The notes beneath the pieces are model-generated. The model did no database searches, was not told the origin of the DNA, and saw only the letters and a list, made by a program, of their open reading frames with translations. Below, in pieces: positions 30,915-39,179 of a stretch of 64,000 bases of DNA (positions are counted from its first letter, which is position 1; each line of letters begins with the position of its first letter). The stretch is taken from positions 1,024,001 through 1,088,000 of the forward strand of contig OZ252243.1 of NCBI GenBank assembly GCA_965249555.1. The letters are read 5' to 3'. The position numbers and the translations under genes were made by a program. This DNA is from Nitrosopumilus sp. (lineage in GTDB: Archaea > Thermoproteota > Nitrososphaeria > Nitrososphaerales > Nitrosopumilaceae).

Positions 30915-31261
30915 TATCCGTTTCTCTGTCTTTTTCGATTAATTTCATTTTTCTTTTTGTATTCATTTACAATATCATCTGGCGTAAGATTTAGCTCAAG
31001 TGATGCCTGAACAACAAAATGCCATATGTCAATTAATTCTTCTCTGGCTTCGCCTTCATCAAATTTAGTTGGTGTTTTCCACCATTTCCAATTTGTTGTC
31101 CTTTGTAGCTCTACTGCCTCATGCATTATTGCAGTACATAATGCAGAAACTCTTCCTTCAGAATCTTTTGGGTATCTATCCAGATTCATCATTTCTGATA
31201 GACCTTTTTGAAGTTTGAATATTGTATCTAGTCTATCGTTTTCAGATATTTCTTGTGTCAA
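30911..31261 (-). CDS. All-alpha dimeric dUTPase / MazG-like NTP pyrophosphatase
   Basis: HEAVEL..WKWWK..EELIDIWHF..KNEIN..RQ. Confidence 0.88.
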   Translation of the reverse strand: MTQEISENDRLDTIFKLQKGLSEMMNLDRYPKDSEGRVSALCTAIMHEAVELQRTTNWKWWKTPTKFDEGEAREELIDIWHFVVQASLELNLTPDDIVNEYKKKNEINRKRQRNGY

Positions 31262-31300
31262 TGATAAATAAATTTGAGAAATTATTTAACTTAAGTCTTT

Positions 31301-32194
31301 TTAGAATTGGATCATTTTTTCATACATCTTTATTCGTTTTGAAATATCTCCTTTTTTGATCTTTAGTAATCCATCTAATCCATATCTTTCAACTGCAAAG
31401 GATCCTAAGATATTTCCATAAACTACTGCTTTTTTGATCTCAGATATTTTAGTTGATTTTTTACTTGCAAGATATCCTATCATTGCTCCTGCAAAAGAGT
31501 CACCTGCACCTGTAGGATCCACAATATTTTCTAACGAAAAACCTGCTGTTGGGAAAATTACATCATCATAAAACATCAAGGAACCATGCTCCCCTTTCTT
31601 GATAATTACATATTTTGCACCCCACTGCATCATTTTTTTTGCACATTTTATCAAATTGAATTCTTTTGTAAGGAGTTTAGCTTCTTCATCATTTATTACA
31701 ACTGCATCTACAGCTTTTATCATCTTAATCACTGCTTCTCGTTTAGTAGAAATCCAAAAATCTATAGTGTCACACATAGAAAATTTTATCTTATCAAATT
31801 CTTTGATTAATGAAGTATTCTGTTCAGGATCATTGTTTGCAAGATATACAAATTGAGATTTTCTGTAAGCTTCAGGAACTGTTGGTTTAAAATCTGCTAT
31901 TACATTTAATTCAGTTTTCAAAGTAGATCTTATACTTAATGTATTGTCATAACTTCCATCATAACGAAATGTTTTACCATTTTTTACAGTCAATCCTTGT
32001 AAATCCAGATATTTAGACAAAATATTATGATACTGTTTAGGAAAATCTTTTCCAACTACTGCAATTAATCCAGTATTTACAAAATTACTTGCAGAAATTG
32101 CTGCAAAAGTTGCTCCTCCACCAAGAACATTTCGTAATATTTTTTTTGGGGTTCTAATTGTATCTAATGCAGCAGAACCAAAAACAGTAAGCAT
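31301..32194 (-). CDS. PfkB-family sugar/nucleoside kinase
   Basis: GGGA N-terminal motif, NDEEA, KKGEHG, DPTGAGDSFAG. Confidence 0.93.
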   Translation of the reverse strand: MLTVFGSAALDTIRTPKKILRNVLGGGATFAAISASNFVNTGLIAVVGKDFPKQYHNILSKYLDLQGLTVKNGKTFRYDGSYDNTLSIRSTLKTELNVIADFKPTVPEAYRKSQFVYLANNDPEQNTSLIKEFDKIKFSMCDTIDFWISTKREAVIKMIKAVDAVVINDEEAKLLTKEFNLIKCAKKMMQWGAKYVIIKKGEHGSLMFYDDVIFPTAGFSLENIVDPTGAGDSFAGAMIGYLASKKSTKISEIKKAVVYGNILGSFAVERYGLDGLLKIKKGDISKRIKMYEKMIQF

Positions 32195-32205
32195 TTGAGA
32201 AGGAA

Positions 32206-32658
32206 TTAATTTTGATGTATAAATTCTCTTGCTTGTTCTTCTGTTGGATAATAAACAAATGGAACATCAATAGATGTAAAGAATATATCATATTTTGTTA
32301 CTCCAGAAATTTTTATAGATTCAGATTCTTCATCAACGTTAGAATCTGTATAAAAAGTACCCTTGACATAACTACTATCTAATGGCTGTAGTATGAATGG
32401 TTCTAACATACCTTTTCCCACCATTTCATTATTAGCAATAATAAAGAATTCAGTCTCGCCTGCAGTTAATATTAACAATGAAGGATTTTCAAATTGTACT
32501 TCTATATTATAGTTTGAACCTTTTTCATTCTCATTCAATAATTCACTTTGAGTAATGCTTACTTCTATCTGAGATGCAGATGCATACTGTGAATATCCAA
32601 AAATACTCATGCCTAGTACAAAGAGAACAATTAGACCTCCTTTTTTCGAAAATTTCAT
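32206..32658 (-). CDS. Membrane-anchored LEA-2/WHy-like protein
   Basis: N-terminal TM followed by a beta-rich domain with FENPS. Confidence 0.65.
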   Translation of the reverse strand: MKFSKKGGLIVLFVLGMSIFGYSQYASASQIEVSITQSELLNENEKGSNYNIEVQFENPSLLILTAGETEFFIIANNEMVGKGMLEPFILQPLDSSYVKGTFYTDSNVDEESESIKISGVTKYDIFFTSIDVPFVYYPTEEQAREFIHQN

Positions 32659-32789
32659 GATTAATTCTTGTAAAATTACCTTTTAACTCAAAAGGAAAAA
32701 AATCCCAATAAATTGTGTAAAAGTTTTGATGTAATCTTAAATCTCCTTAGAGCTAACAAAATAAATCAAAATTTAATGACTGTTTCTTA

Positions 32790-33275
32790 TTGGCTAGAAT
32801 TAAACTCAAACTTGGGGAAAATGAGATCGAAGTTGACTCTAGAGATTTCTATGTAGATAATCAAACACTAGGTGAAGTCATAGGTAGTATTTCACACCAT
32901 TTACCAGAAAACCATGCAAAAATCGTGCATGAAACTGAATCTACCCAAAAATCAACTGAAGCTGAACATCCGGCTCAATATGGTTTGGATTATCTGGATG
33001 ATGCTGAAGTATATGAACCAGAATTTAATGAACCAAAATACATTACTCCTCATGAAATTAAATCAAAATTACGGATTTTAGAAACAAGTAGATTCTTTGA
33101 TTCTCCAAGAACAGTCACTGAAACGGTTGAACAACTCAGGGAATATGGCTGGGCTTCAGGTCCATTAGACGTATCAAAAGCTTTAGCAAAAATGGCATCA
33201 AGCAAAGAAATTCAGAAAAACTCTCATGAGAATAGAATGCATTATTTTGTTCAAGAATCATTAGTATCTAACTAA
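32790..33275 (+). CDS. Hypothetical protein, possible C-terminal winged helix
   Basis: IKLKLGENEIEVD N-terminus; FFDSPRTVTE..GW..VSKAL C-terminus. Confidence 0.7.
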   Translation: MARIKLKLGENEIEVDSRDFYVDNQTLGEVIGSISHHLPENHAKIVHETESTQKSTEAEHPAQYGLDYLDDAEVYEPEFNEPKYITPHEIKSKLRILETSRFFDSPRTVTETVEQLREYGWASGPLDVSKALAKMASSKEIQKNSHENRMHYFVQESLVSN

Positions 33276-33459
33276 CAGAATAATTACACTTTTCACAATT
33301 AGAAAAAGTTTCTCCAGCTAAATGATCAAAATGTATCTTACATTGGTTGCATGTATGATGCATATCAAAATATCCATCCTTCTCGACTTCTCCAATTCTA
33401 TTTGATTCAAGATCTGTACTTTTGCACTTTATACAATGACAACCGCACTCAATTTTCAT
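33268..33459 (-). CDS. Small Cys/His-rich zinc-finger protein
   Basis: CGCHCIKC, HHTCNQC, CEKC. ATG 33459 preferred over the track start 33501. Confidence 0.75.
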   Translation of the reverse strand: MKIECGCHCIKCKSTDLESNRIGEVEKDGYFDMHHTCNQCKIHFDHLAGETFSNCEKCNYSVS

Positions 33460-33505
33460 GATTTCTCTGCTAATGTATGTATAGTTTGAATACTTATACA
33501 AATCA

Positions 33506-33661
33506 TTGGAAAAGAAGAGGGTAGTACCAATAGAAATTGATGATCATTTCAAGCTCTATGGAAAGGAACCATGGGAAGTGGAATATGGTGAAAAATGCCC
33601 AGTCTGTAATGTTAGAATTGATGAATATGGTTTTTGTTCGTGTGGTTCTAGCGGAGATTAA
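33506..33661 (+). CDS. 51-aa CPxC zinc-ribbon microprotein (not in ORF track)
   Basis: TTG start; MEKKRVVPIEIDDHFKLYGKEPWEVEYGEKCPVCNVRIDEYGFCSCGSSGD. Confidence 0.7.
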   Translation: MEKKRVVPIEIDDHFKLYGKEPWEVEYGEKCPVCNVRIDEYGFCSCGSSGD

Positions 33662-34544
33662 ATTTTCTTATTAACGGTACAACAAGAATCATCAAAAACC
33701 CTATTGCTAATGGAGCAATTATTGGAAATTCAGGAATTACTGTGGTTCCCACTATTTTAATTTCTCCTGCAATATCAGGTTTTATGCTAATTCCAACATG
33801 AGTTCCATTTTTATTGAATTCATAAGATATAATTTTTTTATCGTCAAGAAATACTATATATGGTTCCCACAACAATTCTAATGGAATTACTGTGGAGACA
33901 AATCTATTTTCTTCAGAAACATCAAATATAATGCTCTTTGTTGGTTGATCAAAAATAAAATTATCAATATCAGAATAACTTCTAATTTCTACTACAAATT
34001 CTTTATCCTCCCATTTTATATTTTTAAAAACTTTTGGCTCATTAATAGAATATTCTAAAATCATTTGGCAACCATGACATGAAATTCCTTTTGTCGTATC
34101 AAAATAAACAGGATTTTTGTTTATAAATATTAAATCAACTTCGTCAGGAAAAAGAAAAGTAGTTAATTGAACATATAGAAAATCCCAAGTCCATACGCCA
34201 TCTTTTTGATTTAGTACATGATCAAGATCGTACTCTATAATGGAATTTCCTTGAGATGGCAGAATAAGCACTCCATTATTATTTCCAATAACTGTTAATT
34301 GTTTTTCTTTTCCTTGTTCATTTGTTATTGAAAGATTTGAAACAGTTCCATTAATCAATTCAATTTGAGTTGGAACATTTGACTGAAGAACAGCATGTTT
34401 GACATGAACATCACCTACGGAATTTATAATAACTTCTACGGATTTTTGTACAGCTTTTTCACCAATTGAAAATTGGGCATCAGCTATAGGAATAACGGAT
34501 ATCAGCAATAAAATTACTAAAAATCCGAAAATTTCTGTATTCAT
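33648..34544 (-). CDS. Secreted protein with PEF(G)-CTERM-type sorting signal
   Basis: Signal peptide; C-terminal VIPEFP + TM + basic tail; internal CHGC. Confidence 0.8.
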   Translation of the reverse strand: MNTEIFGFLVILLLISVIPIADAQFSIGEKAVQKSVEVIINSVGDVHVKHAVLQSNVPTQIELINGTVSNLSITNEQGKEKQLTVIGNNNGVLILPSQGNSIIEYDLDHVLNQKDGVWTWDFLYVQLTTFLFPDEVDLIFINKNPVYFDTTKGISCHGCQMILEYSINEPKVFKNIKWEDKEFVVEIRSYSDIDNFIFDQPTKSIIFDVSEENRFVSTVIPLELLWEPYIVFLDDKKIISYEFNKNGTHVGISIKPDIAGEIKIVGTTVIPEFPIIAPLAIGFLMILVVPLIRKFNLR

Positions 34545-35021
34545 TTATTCCACAGTTACACGAATCATTTGTGCTTTTTCTAAAGGGCAATCATTGCCAT
34601 CTCTTTCAAGATTTACAATTTTATCTGCAATATCCATGCCTTCTGTCACTTCACCAAATACAGTATATTGTCTATCAAGAAATGTGCTATCAGCAGCTAC
34701 TATGAAAAATTGTGAGCCTGCACTGTCTGGATCTTGTGATCTAGCCATGGAAACTATGCCTCGCAAGTGAGATCTTGAACTAAATTCAGCCTTGATATTA
34801 TATCCTGGTCCTCCTGTTCCCCATGAACCTTTGTTATCGGTTTTTGTATTTGGGTCACCACCCTGAATCATAAATCCAGGAATAACTCTATGGAAAAGAG
34901 TCCCATCATAGAATCCGTCTCTGGCTAATTTTTCAAAATTTCTTACTGTCTCTGGTGCCAATTCAGATATAAGTTTAAATGAAATTTTCCCAAAACTGGT
35001 TTCAATATTTGCTGTAGTCAC
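34545..35021 (-). CDS. Cyclophilin-type peptidyl-prolyl isomerase
   Basis: FHRVIPGFMIQGGD, SMAR..SAGSQFFI, YTVFG. Confidence 0.95.
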   Translation of the reverse strand: MTTANIETSFGKISFKLISELAPETVRNFEKLARDGFYDGTLFHRVIPGFMIQGGDPNTKTDNKGSWGTGGPGYNIKAEFSSRSHLRGIVSMARSQDPDSAGSQFFIVAADSTFLDRQYTVFGEVTEGMDIADKIVNLERDGNDCPLEKAQMIRVTVE

Positions 35022-35268
35022 TAAAATCTATCTATTATCTTATCATAAGAGTCTTTTGTGAAAATCTCTTTTAAAATTTTTATACATATTTTAAGTATGT
35101 TGAAAAATTTATAATTATTAATATATATTTTATTGATAAATTTATCGTTAAAGACTTTGAGAATTTTTATTTTTTTTAAAAAGTAAAAGATCTGACTTTA
35201 TTAGATATGTTATTTTGTAAATCTCAGAAGTTATAGTCTTATATAGAACAAATAAAATTTAGAATTCG

Positions 35269-35499
35269 TTGAATCGTACAAACCAAAGCACGGTAATTAA
35301 AGAAGCGATTAATTCTTATCTTGACAAGGGGGTAACTGACAAACAGGATATCTATACCAAAGTTGTTGATGAACTTGGTGTTCCAAGACCAACTGTAAGG
35401 AGAGTTGCAAGAGATCTGAGAACTGAATTACTACAAAAGATCCAAATCTTACAATCTGATGTGCCTAAAATAACGACTACCTCTGAGAAAGACGAATAA
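35269..35499 (+). CDS. Small helix-turn-helix-like protein
   Basis: IYTKVVDELGVPRPTVRRV resembles an HTH; T-rich terminator follows. Confidence 0.7.
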   Translation: MNRTNQSTVIKEAINSYLDKGVTDKQDIYTKVVDELGVPRPTVRRVARDLRTELLQKIQILQSDVPKITTTSEKDE

Positions 35500-35584
35500 A
35501 TTCGGCTCTTTTTTCTTTTTAATTTTATTATTTTATGATTTTTAGCATTACTGTTATAAACAATGATTTTTTCAAATTAGTTAT

Positions 35585-35818
35585 ATGGGATATTTCTATA
35601 ATCACTTGGCAACTCTTGTAACTGGAGTTTTTGCTGCAGTACTAACAGGACTTTGGCCATATTTTATTGACTTTGCACCAGATATGAATACTATTTTCAT
35701 CATATCAGTCACTGTTACATGGTTTCTTACATTGATGTGTTGGTTATCCCAAAAAAGTACTGATTACATGCATAAACAATCATCAGCACACGCTGACATC
35801 CAAAAAAAGCTTGAGTAA
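35585..35818 (+). CDS. Small two-TM membrane protein
   Basis: Two hydrophobic segments; overlaps the next ORF. Confidence 0.7.
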   Translation: MGYFYNHLATLVTGVFAAVLTGLWPYFIDFAPDMNTIFIISVTVTWFLTLMCWLSQKSTDYMHKQSSAHADIQKKLE

Positions 35819-36065
35819 TACACAAACCATTGTTACTACAACTTCAGGCAACCAAGTCAATCTTTCTGAAATCAAACAAATTCAAAATGAATTATCTTCT
35901 GAACTAAATGACCTTAAAGATTCTGTAAAACTAAAAGACAGTGAAATTGATAGATTAAATCAAGAAATTTCTAACCTGCAAACTCTTGTTCAGATTGAAT
36001 CGCTAAAAACTGAATTAGCTAATTTGAAAGTACTAGCTTCTGAAAGAAAAACTAAGAGTAAATAA
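35811..36065 (+). CDS. Small coiled-coil protein
   Basis: Heptad L/I pattern; overlaps the previous ORF by 8 nt. Confidence 0.7.
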   Translation: MSNTQTIVTTTSGNQVNLSEIKQIQNELSSELNDLKDSVKLKDSEIDRLNQEISNLQTLVQIESLKTELANLKVLASERKTKSK

Positions 36066-36067
36066 TC

Positions 36068-36187
36068 TTAATCTTCACAATGGCAACATGCCTCACCATG
36101 ATTATTCTTACAACTAGGACAACTTACAGCACCACCATAATGGCATTTACATGAACACAATTCAGTTGGATCTTTTTTCAAACTCAA
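36068..36187 (-). CDS. 39-aa Cys/His-rich metallothionein-like peptide (not in ORF track)
   Basis: TTG start; MSLKKDPTELCSCKCHYGGAVSCPSCKNNHGEACCHCED (8 Cys, 3 His). Confidence 0.65.
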   Translation of the reverse strand: MSLKKDPTELCSCKCHYGGAVSCPSCKNNHGEACCHCED

Positions 36188-36527
36188 TAGTATAATTCCT
36201 ATGTCATGTTAATATTTTATGTTTGAAAATAAATGAATTAGAATAAATTTTTTATTCTAAATACAGAGTTATTCTATAATACTAAATCTAATTTTTGCAA
36301 GTATTATTATGGATAATTTGTAAATTCTAAAATTTTTTTAATACACATTTTTGATAATGATAAATATGTTAGAGAAAATAATTATTGAACATTACTTTAC
36401 TCAAACTATTGTAAATGAAGATGGTTCTTATGAATACAAATTCAGAGTACTAAACTTACACTAAGATTAATTCAAAAATATTTTTGATATAGTTATACTG
36501 TCAAACTCTTCATAGAATATTTACAGT

Positions 36528-37058
36528 TTAATCTTGTTGCAATTTAGAAGCAATTTCCAAAGTTTCATCTACCATTTCTTTTAGTCTATTTTGTGCATTT
36601 ACATCTGAGACAGAATTATCAGTAAAAGCTTCTGTGGTTAGAAACACAGCTTTAGGATTTGCTACTACTCTAAAGTATGATAATAATTGTGTGACTAATG
36701 TTTGGACATCAGTAAAACCAATATTTCCAGAAGCTAAAATTGCCATTCCAGCTACCTTTCCTGCAGTTTTTTTATAGTTGATATATTCAAACAAATTTTT
36801 CAATGCTGCACTAAAAAACGAATTATAGATAGGAGTTCCTATTATCCAAACATCAGCATCTGTAATGTCATTTGCAGCTGTGTTTGTAGCCTCATTGTAT
36901 TCTTCACCGTATCCTCTATAGCATTCAATTTGACCATCTGAAAGATTAATTAATTTTGTATCTTGGTTTTTTGATTTGGTATAATCATAAACATACTTCA
37001 TCATAACTTGTGTAACCGCATTTTTTCTTGGGCTTCCAGAAATAACTACAACTTTCAT
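36528..37058 (-). CDS. NADPH-dependent FMN reductase (flavodoxin-like)
   Basis: ISGSPRK, GTPIYN..AALKN. Confidence 0.9.
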   Translation of the reverse strand: MKVVVISGSPRKNAVTQVMMKYVYDYTKSKNQDTKLINLSDGQIECYRGYGEEYNEATNTAANDITDADVWIIGTPIYNSFFSAALKNLFEYINYKKTAGKVAGMAILASGNIGFTDVQTLVTQLLSYFRVVANPKAVFLTTEAFTDNSVSDVNAQNRLKEMVDETLEIASKLQQD

Positions 37059-37110
37059 ATTCTCAGCAATCTATCTTTGTATATAAATTCCCATGAGTTT
37101 TAAAATTTAA

Positions 37111-37202
37111 CGGGCTTGGAGGGCTTCGATCCCTCGACCTGTACCTTAGGAGAGTACCACGCTATCCATGTTTCGCGTCAAATGACTCTGCGCCACAAGC
37201 CC
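37111..37202 (-). tRNA. tRNA-Arg(CCT) with a 17-nt intron in the D-loop (37171-37187)
   Basis: Acceptor GGGCTTG/CAAGCCC; anticodon arm GTACT-CTCCTAA-GGTAC; T arm GAGGG-ATCGAAG-CCCTC. Removing AGTCATTTGACGCGAAA leaves a 75-nt cloverleaf. Confidence 0.88.
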
Positions 37203-37227
37203 AGTAAAAAAAAACACTCTTAATTAT

Positions 37228-37938
37228 TTAAGCGTAATCAAGATTACCTTTGATCATTTCTTTAACTCCATTCCAATTTTTATTTTCTTTGTCGTTCCAT
37301 TTTTCGAAATACACAACATCTTTTAGATCAAGTCTTGGTAACCAATTTGCAGTCTCAAGATCTGGTTTTTCTGCAAATTCATCAACATATCCTAAACACA
37401 AGTATGCAACAGGAATAACATGTTCTGGTAATTCCAGAGTTTCTTTTAGAGTTTCATTTGAAAGAATACTTACCCAACCAAGACCTACTCCTTCCGTTCT
37501 TGCTGATAACCATAAATTTTGGATTGCACAACATACACTGTATAGCCCTGCTTCAGGTATACTTGATCTGCCAATAACAAAAGGACCAAATTTTGTAGGA
37601 TCATATGTTACACAAAGATTTACTGGTGACTCTAAAATTCCCTCTAGCTTGAATGAAAGATATTTTGATTTCTTTGGCTCTTCAACTAATTTTGATGAAC
37701 GATCTTTTTCTTCCTCAAAAGATTCTTTTATTTTCTTTTTTGTTTCAATATCTTTTATCAAGATAAAATTCCATGGTTGAGAAAATCCTACTGATGGGGC
37801 ATGATGTGCAGCATGCAGTATTTTTGATAAAATATCGTCTTCTATGGGTTTTGAGATAAAATGAGATCTTACATCTCTTCTTGAATAAATTGCCTTATAG
37901 AAGCCTCTTTTTTCTTCTTCAGTAAAATCATCTGTCAA
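37228..37938 (-). CDS. bluB: 5,6-dimethylbenzimidazole synthase
   Basis: RRDVR, APSVGFSQPWNF, KLEGI, YSVCCAIQNLWL..GWVSI. Confidence 0.92.
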   Translation of the reverse strand: MTDDFTEEEKRGFYKAIYSRRDVRSHFISKPIEDDILSKILHAAHHAPSVGFSQPWNFILIKDIETKKKIKESFEEEKDRSSKLVEEPKKSKYLSFKLEGILESPVNLCVTYDPTKFGPFVIGRSSIPEAGLYSVCCAIQNLWLSARTEGVGLGWVSILSNETLKETLELPEHVIPVAYLCLGYVDEFAEKPDLETANWLPRLDLKDVVYFEKWNDKENKNWNGVKEMIKGNLDYA

Positions 37939-38020
37939 CTATTTCACACTTTTTTCCTTTTTATTCATCCTTTCTTTTGTTAAACGTTAATAATGCCAGC
38001 ATCTAGTCTTGTTTTTCAAT

Positions 38021-38094
38021 GGGCCGGTAGTCTAGCTGGTTAGGATACCGCCTCGACACGGCGGTGATCGTGAGTTCGAATCTCACTCGGCCCA
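38021..38094 (+). tRNA. tRNA-Val(GAC)
   Basis: Acceptor GGGCCGG/TCGGCCC; anticodon arm CCGCC-TCGACAC-GGCGG (GAC 38055-38057); T arm GTGAG-TTCGAAT-CTCAC. Confidence 0.93.
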
Positions 38095-38095
38095 C

Positions 38096-38102
38096 TTTTT
38101 TT
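38096..38102 (+). terminator. Oligo-T archaeal terminator after tRNA-Val
   Basis: T7 run just 3' of the tRNA. Confidence 0.55.
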
Positions 38103-38104
38103 AG

Positions 38105-38599
38105 TTAAAACCCTGCTTTGAATTCTTTTTCAATAGTCATCCATGAAGATTGAGTGGTAATACTTCCTTCTGTTGAAAAACTAGTGATTCTATTTTCTAT
38201 GGCATCTTGATAAATTTCTGAATTAACTTCAGATTTTTCAAGAACAAATACATTTTTCAAAGGAAGTTCTACACCTGGAAAAAATGCAGCTCTTCCTGGC
38301 ATTGAAATATCTTCTGTAGAATATTTTCCTGAACCTAGTAGTATTCCATCACCGTAAAGCTGGTATCCAATTAGTGGAACTGTGAATGTTTTATCACTTG
38401 GATTCTTTACAAGAAATGTAACATCAAATTTTACTTGATTATCTATTGTACTAACATCTCTTAGTTCTACATTTATTAATTCAATCTCAACTTGCTCAAT
38501 CTGCACGGAATCGAGATTGCCATAGTAAAAAATTCCTCCCATCAAAGCTAAACATCCAGCTAATGCCACATAAATTATCATCTTGCTTTGAAGTACCAT
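38105..38599 (-). CDS. Membrane-anchored LEA-2/WHy-like protein
   Basis: N-terminal TM; VTFLVKNPSD..IGYQLY..LGSG. Confidence 0.7.
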   Translation of the reverse strand: MVLQSKMIIYVALAGCLALMGGIFYYGNLDSVQIEQVEIELINVELRDVSTIDNQVKFDVTFLVKNPSDKTFTVPLIGYQLYGDGILLGSGKYSTEDISMPGRAAFFPGVELPLKNVFVLEKSEVNSEIYQDAIENRITSFSTEGSITTQSSWMTIEKEFKAGF

Positions 38600-38681
38600 T
38601 TCAATGCTATCAGATTATGTACAACTAAAAAAGGTTGTTAAGATCCAAATACATAATATTTGATTCCAAATATGATATTCT

Positions 38682-39179
38682 ATGACTGTACTAGAGCAAG
38701 CAATTCTCACTTGGATTCATCTTATTGCAGCTGCAATATGGGTTGGCGGTTCACTTTTCATTGGACTTGTATTCTCTCCACTTCTAAAAACAATGACTAA
38801 TTCTCTTGAAGAAAGAATGAAAATAATGATTCGTGTTGGAAAACGATTTAACAAAATTGCTGTTCCATCATTGATTATTTTAATGGCAACTGGATTGTAT
38901 AGTTCTCATGTATTGCTTGGTAAACCTGAACTTCTTGTCTCAACAAGTTATGGGACATTTTTAATTATTAAGATAATTCTTGTCATTGCACTAGTAATTA
39001 CATATGCAGTACATGTTAGAGTAATTCGTAAAGATGTTGAAGAAAAAATTATGTCTAATCAAATGTCAGAGTCACAAATTCAAAAATTAAGAAAAAAAAT
39101 CATTATTCTTGGGGAAGTGACAGTATTTTTATCAGTAGCAATTCTGTTTTTTGCATCATTACTTGATGCTGGAGTTTGA
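38682..39179 (+). CDS. CopD-like copper-resistance membrane protein
   Basis: WIHLIAAAIWVGG, RF..A, YG..L..KI. Confidence 0.75.
   Translation: MTVLEQAILTWIHLIAAAIWVGGSLFIGLVFSPLLKTMTNSLEERMKIMIRVGKRFNKIAVPSLIILMATGLYSSHVLLGKPELLVSTSYGTFLIIKIILVIALVITYAVHVRVIRKDVEEKIMSNQMSESQIQKLRKKIIILGEVTVFLSVAILFFASLLDAGV

Noticed and set aside
35022-35268. AT-rich spacer as a replication origin
   Set aside because: No cdc6/orc1 nearby and no ORB-like repeats with G-strings recognised.
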